64,000 bases of DNA, taken from Octopus vulgaris (taxonomy: Eukaryota). Under the pieces are notes generated by a model that worked only from the letters and a program-made list of their open reading frames with translations, ran no database searches and was not told where the DNA came from. Within the stretch, counting starts at the first letter, position 1; the number at the start of each line of letters is the position of its first letter. Location: assembly GCA_951406725.2 (NCBI GenBank), contig OX597826.1:82150001-82214000 (forward strand), in the 5' to 3' direction. Made by a program: the position numbers and the translations under genes. Of the stretch, positions 54,201 through 64,000 are shown one piece after another.

Positions 54201-54699
54201 GAGGAGGAGGAGGAGGATGTAACCTTGCTGGAAGCGGGTACCTGCTTACCTTATATCGCAAGTCATATCTGCATCACTGCACAATATCAATGGTGGCGAT
54301 GGTCCCGAAATAGACGTAAAGTCGAATACCAGTCAGTGGATCAAGAACGCAGGGCATTATGTCAATGAAATGGTGACCGGTACGCTGCAAGAACTGTCTC
54401 GAGAGGAAGGTAATGAAACGGTGTGTATTCTCACGTGATGACCACAGAAACCTCCTGGCGTCCGGTAGGCGGAGTTTTCGATTGACTGCACTAAGCAAAC
54501 TATCTTCAAGTCTCTACCGATAAATATAACAAACTATATTCACGCTTATTATATTTTATTTATTTTCATTTTAATATGTAAATAGATCAACACACACACG
54601 CGCACACACACACACACACGCACGCACGCACACACGCACGCACAATTATATTTCGGGATAGTCATTTTTTCCCTTGGTTAATAAACACACGCATTATAT

Positions 54700-54989
54700 T
54701 TTTGTTCTTCCATCCTTTATTACTGTTCTTATATTTTCTTATGTTCATTGTCCAGAAATGTTTCGTCACACATCTGTGACCTCGTCAGCGACCCTTTCTG
54801 TCCACGTGCATCCTCCTGCTCCGCTTATTTTATGATGTATTTTCTAGAAGGACACACTTGATTGAGCAGCGCAGGAGGACACACGCGGACGGAAAGGGTT
54901 GCTGAAGAGGTCACAGATGTGTGACAAAAGATTTCCGAACAATAGCCATAAGATAAAATAACAGTAATAAACGAGTGGAGAACGAAAAT
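54700..54989. repeat. ~125-bp inverted repeat pair, each arm carrying a hammerhead-like core (Penelope-type terminal repeat relic)
   Basis: Left arm ~54700-54826 is the reverse complement of right arm ~54864-54989; cores CTGACGA-g-gtcaca-gatg-tgtgac-GAAAC (minus) and CTGAAGA-g-gtcaca-gatg-tgtgac-AAAAG (plus). Confidence 0.8.
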
Positions 54990-56559
54990 GTCACCATTCC
55001 GAAATATCTGTTTTAGCACACGGTTTCACATCAGAAATCTTGCAACACAAATTCATAAACGAATATATATATATATGTGTGTGTGTCTGTGTGCTGACTC
55101 AAAAGGGTATTTATGAATTTAGTTAAAAGTGAGATATGCCATAAATAGTCCCTATTCCAGCATTTTTAATACTACAGTATTCATTTATGTTCTGTTATGG
55201 AATAGTATTTGATCAGTTATCGAATGGTTCAATAATAAAAAAAAGAATGATACATATTTGTGAGCTCATGAATTTCGATTTGATAGATATCCATCCGCCC
55301 CTATCTCGATCTCCCCTTAAAACCCATTAAAAAACCGTTTGCGGTCTGACTCAGTTTCATACGTTTGGCAATAATATTAGTGATACTTTTGGAGAAACGT
55401 AACGAAGTGCAATTGTTCAATATCGATTCTTGACGTAGCATGGATCCGTGGTTTGTTAATTGATAACATTAGAGATTTGGGGATTCTGCTTTGCACAGTT
55501 TTGATTTTTTTTTATCATGAAACGGGAAATTCAGTTTGCTAAATGTGAATGGCCGTACAGAACGGTGCCAAGACTAAGAAATTCAACATACGTGGTATGA
55601 GCAATAAGTATCCGGACTGTTGCTTATTGCTCAGAGCTCGTATATAAACTGTTTGGCAAATATATAAACTGCAGTTAATTCCTTACAAATAACTCTAGAT
55701 TTGAAAGAGTTAAAGAATTATCCTATTGTAAACCCAGTTAAAGATTGCTGCATATTAATAGAATTGAAACCGTCCCCCCCAAAGCTGAGTAACATTTGAA
55801 TAAAAGCTGGAAAGGCGTATCCCGCTGATGCTTTTATGGCGATCCTTTAATTATGAAGCTCATTATATTAATGATTCATTAAGAGAGAAAAGCTTCAAAA
55901 ATAGAATAGAACAATAGAAATGGTTAATGACGCAAAATCCTGCATGTGGTGCGCATATTTCGCTGCAATATTGCTCTGATTTTTCTGTATTTCCTACAAA
56001 ATCCATTTGTCAGGAGAGCAATTATGAGAGAAAATCTTTCTTACGAATAGCGTTGAGATGAGCCGCAGCAACGACAAGAATCTTGCGCTCCGAATAATAT
56101 CGATAGACAAATACGGACATACACAGACACATACAAACACACGCACACACACACGCACGCATGCACATACACATACATATGTGTGTGTGTATGGGTGTGT
56201 GTAAGTGTATGTGTGCGCGAGTGTGAGAGTATGTGTATATTTGTGAATATTTGGAAAGAAGGCGCCGCAGATAATTGGAATGTATGACAAATGGAATGAA
56301 GTAGAAAAATTCAAAGACGATAAAGTAAAACGGTTTGCAGGAGCACTATACGTATATAATAAACACGCACTAACACGTTGCACTCCCTACATATATACAC
56401 ACACAGAAATATTTATATATGTATATCTATCTATATACATATATATATGCATAAACACATACACACGTATATGTTTAAATATATCTGTGTTTATATGTAT
56501 CTATCAATCTATCTTTATATCTACATTTTACTTCCCTTCTCTCTCTCACTACACACACA

Positions 56560-56881
56560 AACATATATATATGTATATATATATGTGTGTGTGTGTACAG
56601 ATATATATGCATGTATATATACATATATATATGTATATATATATATACATATATATATGTACAGATATATATGTATATATACATATATATATATGTATGT
56701 ATATATACATATGTGTATATATATATATATGTGTATATATATATGTATATACATATATGTATATGTATGTATGTATGCATATATATACATATGTATATAT
56801 ATATGCATATATATACGTATGTATAAATATACATATATGTATATATGTATATATATGGATATATATATGTATATATGTATA

Positions 56882-56940
<59 letters not shown>
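56560..56940. repeat. Degenerate (TA)n microsatellite
   Basis: Direct reading. Confidence 0.9.
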
Positions 56941-56943
<3 letters not shown>

Positions 56944-57393
56944 TGGATTTGTATAAATATTCCTAACTAATTTGATGATATTGCACTTTATTGTGTGTCA
57001 TATCAAAAAGAGTGTTTCTTCCACAGTCTTCAAAGTTGCATGAAATTATGATGAAACAAAATTCAGTTTGACTTGAGCAGGACATAAACACGATAGAAAG
57101 CAACAAAACGAAAACAGAAACACAACTCGCATCTACACGTGCCGTAAAAACAAAACTGAACAGTGAAATAAAATGGAAGACAGTAAGATTAAAAACGTAA
57201 AACAATTGTGGAATTCCTGATATGTTGTTGCAATGAACAATAGCGGTTTATTTATTTATTCCATCTCGTTATTGATTTCATTTTGCTGTGAATAAGAACT
57301 TCGTTAAAATGAGGATTTGCACGAAAAGTCAATTATTTAACATAAGGAGCATTGAGAGGAAAAAGCTCAAACAAAAATGAAAATCGTATGTTT

Positions 57394-57455
<62 letters not shown>

Positions 57456-57685
57456 CATATGTACATGTCTGTATATACAGTATTTCTCCATTACGCACAT
57501 TATATATGTACAGTGCTCCTACATTATATATCCTATATACTGTTTATTTATTACAGGTTATATATTATATACTCATATATATATTCACATGAGTGTATGT
57601 TTGTGTATTTCTATTATATGAAAATGCAGATAAAACTATGTGACTATATTATTTAGTAATATTCGTCCTTATGTGTATACGTATG

Positions 57686-57737
<52 letters not shown>

Positions 57738-57759
57738 AATAGATATATGTATATACATA

Positions 57760-57800
<41 letters not shown>

Positions 57801-58097
57801 ATATGTGTAAATATATGTATAGGAACCTACATACTTGAACACACATGTAAACAAGAAAAAAAAAACATCTTCTAAATTGCAGGATTCTGCTACAACGAAA
57901 TAGTAGAGTATATTATTTAAAAAGGGGAAGAAAAAAAAAAACGAAAAGGATGAGGAAAAACATTTATCTTTTAAGGTAATTTACGAAGACGTTCCAGAAA
58001 ACATGGGCGTATCATGATGTTATTAATCCAAGTGTGTGCATTCCGCAAGTTTGGTGGATTTTATGATTTTCGATATATTTGTTAAATTATTGTCGCT

Positions 58098-58128
<31 letters not shown>

Positions 58129-58334
58129 CCGTCGTTCTTGTTGTTGTTCTTCTTTTTCTCCTTCTTCTTCTCCTTTTTCATGTTCTTTTTCTGCTTATCA
58201 TTATTATAACATTTTTTGTCAAAGAATTACATAACCTGAGGCGAAAATCGAAACTGACTTCATTGCAATCCGGAAAGAAAAAAACAACATTAATATATTA
58301 AAGAACAAGAGAAGAAGATATCAATATTAAATAT

Positions 58335-58369
58335 TTAAATATATACATAGACGCACACATATGCATATA

Positions 58370-58411
<42 letters not shown>

Positions 58412-58460
58412 AATACATACATATACATATATATATATATATACATACATAAATACATAC

Positions 58461-58519
<59 letters not shown>

Positions 58520-58688
58520 CATAAATACATACATATACATATACATATATATATATATATATATACATAAATACATACATATATCTATACTTATATATAT
58601 ACACACATATATTTATACATATATATATATATATATATACATATAGACATATGTACATACATACATACACATATATATACATACATGC

Positions 58689-58753
<65 letters not shown>

Positions 58754-59016
58754 GTGTATATATGTACATATGTATATATGTATATGTGCAAGCATGTAGG
58801 CAAAGAAAAGAACAACAGGAACCTAGCAGAAAACAACGATTACATTCGAAATGAAAGAAAACTGTTCGGTTTGTTTTGTTGTTTTGAAGCTATTATACAA
58901 ATGCATTGTTTCAGAGAAAATGTTATTTCTGACAAGAAAAGGGTGCCACTTTGTTCATTTTCTCTATCGCTGCTTCCTGTTGAAACATTTTGATTGATTA
59001 TATGTGCATATATATT

Positions 59017-59058
<42 letters not shown>

Positions 59059-59154
59059 TATGTAGGTTCCCATACATATATTTACACACATACACATGCA
59101 CAAACACACACACAGACACATATACACACACATACACATACATATCTATGTATG

Positions 59155-59205
<51 letters not shown>

Positions 59206-59371
59206 GTATATATGTATATATATGTATATATATGTATATATATGTATATATATCTATATCTATATATTTATATGCGTATGCGTATATAGGGATTTATGTG
59301 TGTGTGTGTATAGACGTATACATATGTATAGATATGTGTATACATATATACATTACATATATATACATAGG

Positions 59372-59412
<41 letters not shown>

Positions 59413-59420
59413 TGATGTAT
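58335..59420. repeat. Two long degenerate (TA)n/(CA)n tracts around a 200-bp unique spacer
   Basis: Direct reading. Confidence 0.9.
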
Positions 59421-61823
59421 GCATATATCTACATCCATCAAGCTATACATATCAACATAGTCCACCGTGTACCCACACGCATATGAGCAGTTCTTTCAGC
59501 ATTTTCTTTCTGGTGTTGTTATTTTCTAGAGTTATGTTAAATATGTTTTTGTTACTGAATAAATAACGTTACAAAATAACAAATTGTTGAAGAATGGAGT
59601 TCATTAATATTAAATCGGTTGAAGTTTTGTATTAAACAACAATAAGAAGTCTACCATTAATAACCACTTTTATGCTACCAAGTATGTTTTTATGAGATGT
59701 TTCTGTGTGTTTTTCGTTTTGTTTGGTTTTGAATTTTAATTCATGCCTTTCGCTTTAAAAAGTCTAACGTTCCTCTGCCTGATAGCGATGCAGGAATATA
59801 TATCAAATGAGGAGTATTTATTCCTAATCATCCCATAAATATTATTCAAACATGTATTAATAAAATTCCAGAGTTCCACATTGACAGTTAAGAAGACGTT
59901 TTTGTTGTTTTAACCCCGTTGAACTGAGTTCAAGGAGATCTACGTTCAAGCGTATGGAACCCATAATTAGCCCGTGTTCTAAATTTAATTTTAGCGCTAT
60001 ACATTTATTTCAACGCACACAAACACACACACACACAAATCTATATTTCTTAAATGTGCCCTTCATTTTTAAAACTGTGCCGCGAGTCATTTAAGGGAGT
60101 AGTAATAAAAGTAGGAGTAAAGGAGAATGTGCAGTAACAGCGCATTGCTGCTGCATCCCCCATTTGTTGCGTTCAGAGGGTGAATTCTACCTCAATCCCT
60201 CTTTGTCGCCTTTTATGACTCGCATTGAAAACGATGGATCTACTTTTGGCATGCCGGCCCCCAAACAACACAACAGCAAAATGAAGTGTTTTTCTGAAGA
60301 ATTTAACACACCGCCTTATCTAGGAATCGAACTCACTATCTGACGATCGCGAGTGCAACACCCTAGTCACTACGTCACGCACCTACTCTTTAAGTATGGC
60401 GTAGAAGCATCATCTTTCAGCTTGAAGTAGCATATCTACTTATAAATATTTTATTGAAATCCTACTAACTCCCTTCCAGCTCTAGATGCTGTTGTGTTGG
60501 GTGAGATGGCCATGGTTGGATTTTCAGTGGACAAGCTATCCCATGTAAATGTTGATGAGCTCTAATACACTGAAACATGTCTACTGTTATCTCCTGTCAA
60601 CTATACAAGTAAAGACATTCGTTTCTCAAAACTGCTGAGTTAACTTTAGAAATTAATTCTTAATCATTTAGACATAATCCTCACGTTTCACAAATAATTG
60701 ACGCTAATTTAAAAAAAAAGTGTATCTCTGAGGGAATTTCAGTTGGTAAACCAGATTTTAACTTAATTATCTAAATTTATGTCGTTGAACCATGCCAATT
60801 ATTTTCCTTAACTCATTTTTAATTGTCACATATAAAATCTAGTTTTATCTGAGACTTGATGAATTAAAATATAAAAAAAATTAATTCTATTGTTCTAATA
60901 TATACGTCAACGTACCCCAACTAGAGAGAGGTACCCCAGATATAGAGCTCGCTACTAATTAACTTTATAGCAACGTGGTTATTGTATTTCTGCTCAGTGA
61001 AACTAGTAATCGTGTGTAATATATGGATGTGGCCAAGCATTTGAGGGATGAACGTATTTGATAAATTTTAACTCGTTACGTGTTTAGGATTCCTTGTCTG
61101 CAAACTTGGAAGGATGAAAGACAAATTTTACCTCAGTAGGATTCGAACGCAGAACGTAAAAACGTCGTAATAAATATTGAAACATATTTTATTAGGCGCA
61201 CCCCGAAATTTCAGAGGGAAAAACCAGTCGATTATATCAGTCAAAGTACTTGACCAAGATGTAGCTTATCGTCCATTAGAGAATCCAAGGAAAATTACAC
61301 TTTGCTGGTACTTGAACTCAGGAAGTAAAGATAAGGTGAAATATTGGAAGGCGTTTTATTCGAGACTGAAAAACATTCGACTGAGGAGCAAAGTGGTTCG
61401 TTTGTTAATCCTTGAGTCTTTTGTTGTTTAGTCACTTTATGGCTGGGAAACCCAGGGTAAACCCATTAACCCGCCTTCACCAGTAATTAATATAGACTGC
61501 TCTACTTCTTAGAGTGTGCTCCTTCTCCGGATTTATGTTTTACTAAAAACGATATATATATATATATATAATAACATATATATAAATAATAAAATATATA
61601 TAAATATATACATACAATAAAGAATATATATATAATTTAGTATATGATGTAAAATATATACATATAGTATATATAATGTAATATAATATATACATATACA
61701 TACATACATACACACACATATAAGAATATATATATATATATATATATATACATACATACACACAGACACATACATATAAGAATATATATATATACATACA
61801 TACGCACATACACATATATATAA

Positions 61824-61881
<58 letters not shown>

Positions 61882-63589
61882 TCAAGAACAATGGAAAAAC
61901 TAAATAATGACCGTAGAGACAATGAGTTAATTCATAATTATTACACTTTAATGATCTCTCATTGATTGGTTGCATATTAATTCCTCATAAATAAAACCGC
62001 ATGAATTGCAAATTTTCAGTAATGAGGCAAAAAAAAAAAAGCTCGCGCCTCGTTCATTATTTCATTACGTCACACTTAGTTAACATCTATTTATGTCCAT
62101 ATTGTAATTTGCATAAAAATAACTTATTGCCGTCTACCGCCACAGCCACACGAGGGAAACATGCGGATGCTGGTCGTTCTTTGTAATTGCTTCGTGATAT
62201 TGCGTGCCACACACACACACTAACACACACACGCAGAGACATACAGGCAGATACACACACATCCTCTCTACTGTGATGGAAAGTGATGCAATATAACCTC
62301 ATCCTGAGTTAATGTCTGCTAGCAATACTCTAATATATCTTGGTGCCATTCCTTAGTTAAATTCCTGAATTGTTTGGAAAGAACTGCTCTGAACTATAGA
62401 AATTTAGATATTCAGCCTTCAACGTTAATTTTATAAAGAAACAACTCTATCAGCTGAAGGGACAAGGGACTCATCCTTATTGAGCTGTTCTGCTCTCTAC
62501 GTGACAACGTATACAATAAGCAAATGTATAAACCGGAATAAACAATGCTGGGACGATGGTTGAAGATCCAATGAGAATGAGAGGAAAATAAGGTCACGAG
62601 TCCGTTGCCGCTCCTAATTTCCCGAGTATTTGGTTCGGTTTCCTTTCTCTTTTGAAGTGATTTCCTGTCACAAGCGTGAGTAACACTTTCAGGAAATATA
62701 TGACCAACGCTTTACATTGATTAAATATAGCATGAAGCTGGGTATCTGTGACCTCGATTCCTTGCTAATCTTTTCACGGAATGAACCTTTCATACAATTT
62801 TCATGTCTAATCGATTCACTTCTCAATGACCCTTCGTGCTTTTTGTTGCATCGAGATTCCGTTTGCCACAGTTTTGTACCAAAAGTTTGTATCGAGATGA
62901 TATTTCTGCAGCAGGACTGTGGCAGCGTTATAATGGATAGGAATGTATGAAATAAAGATTGTTTAGTTCAATAAAATACGGAGAATATCTCTCATCTCTT
63001 TATTTCTCTTCCTTACTCAATGCAATTATACATGGAACCGACAATCTATCAATGAACGGACTCTTTACCGTATCAGTTTTCTTGGAGAACGTGTTTCTTG
63101 GAGAATGCGTTTCTCCTTTGAGGGAGGAGCGTTCGGAAAGGTCTGCAGTTACCATTCTCATGTCTCAACGAAGCCGATTCCAAGAAAGAAGATCGATGCC
63201 CAGAACTGATTGATACAACTTGTAATTATCTCATATAATGTCAAGGTTTAGTTGGAACTTGCTGAGCCGAAATGTAAAGAATTCAGTATATTGTTCAAAT
63301 CTATGACCATACACCTAACTATAGACAGACAGATGTGGAGCAGAAGGACGCAGCACATAAGGCATTCTATCTAACATTCTGACGGATTCGACACCTCGCG
63401 TGCGCGCACACAGAGGCACACGTACGCACATTTACTAATCCATTTATGAGAGCATCTTGTATCTGTACACATAACTACATATATCTATATGTGTGAAAAT
63501 ATGTGTATGTATATGCATGTACATGTATGTGTATATAGTCATATGTATGAACATTTACGTCCAGATAGACATATGTATTACAGTGTTTG

Positions 63590-63645
<56 letters not shown>

Positions 63646-64000
63646 CATATAAACGTGTATATTTCTTTATACATCTACAGAAAATGCATGATACTTATGC
63701 ATTACGTTGACGTGACAATAAAATCATGAAGTTACATGAATGCATTGTATGCATCTATCAGAATAGATATACAAATAACCACGCTGAAACCGGTTAGAAA
63801 ACCTCAATAAATATTTATAGCAACCCAGTATTTCAATCCGTATCTTCCCATATGACACACTTTGAAATTTCTTATTAGAAATCAAGTTATGTCAAAGAAT
63901 TCAATCTTATTTTGAAATTGCTGGGCGAGAAACTAATTCATTTACAAATATTCTTTTGTGAACAATGAAATATTAAATATCAACATTGTATACAAAGAAA

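Noticed and set aside
55589-55634. gagcaataag inverted repeat with a mariner-TIR-like start
   Set aside because: No partner TIR or transposase sequence found.
62600-63220. Possible decayed LINE ORF1 on the minus strand
   Set aside because: Only faint SPYFIE and knuckle-like traces; needs a profile search.

Overview
Eukaryotic, AT-rich, microsatellite-saturated non-coding DNA. The repeat families and (TA)n/(CA)n/(TATG)n density are consistent with a coleoid cephalopod, most likely Octopus (inference, not verified). I found no convincing host protein-coding exon, and nearly all ORFs in the track are microsatellite translations. The only long real coding sequence is ORF2 (APE endonuclease + reverse transcriptase) of a young CR1-group LINE at 32811-35938. 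It is intact except for one in-frame TAA and sits inside an (AT)n tract. The window also holds many copies of at least four tRNA-derived SINE families, fragments of RTE, R4/Dong-like and HERO-like non-LTR elements, and a mariner-derived MITE. Most notable: (1) the commonest SINE shares its 39-nt 3' end with the CR1 LINE, including a hairpin kept by compensatory base changes, which points to a SINE/LINE partnership; (2) about seven hammerhead-ribozyme-like cores of the Penelope-associated type, several with unusually long stem II and two in inverted pairs; (3) a ~550-bp RTE-like non-autonomous element whose 5' end folds like a self-cleaving ribozyme; (4) a Dong-like element whose domains are in permuted order. 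All alignments and folds were done by eye.
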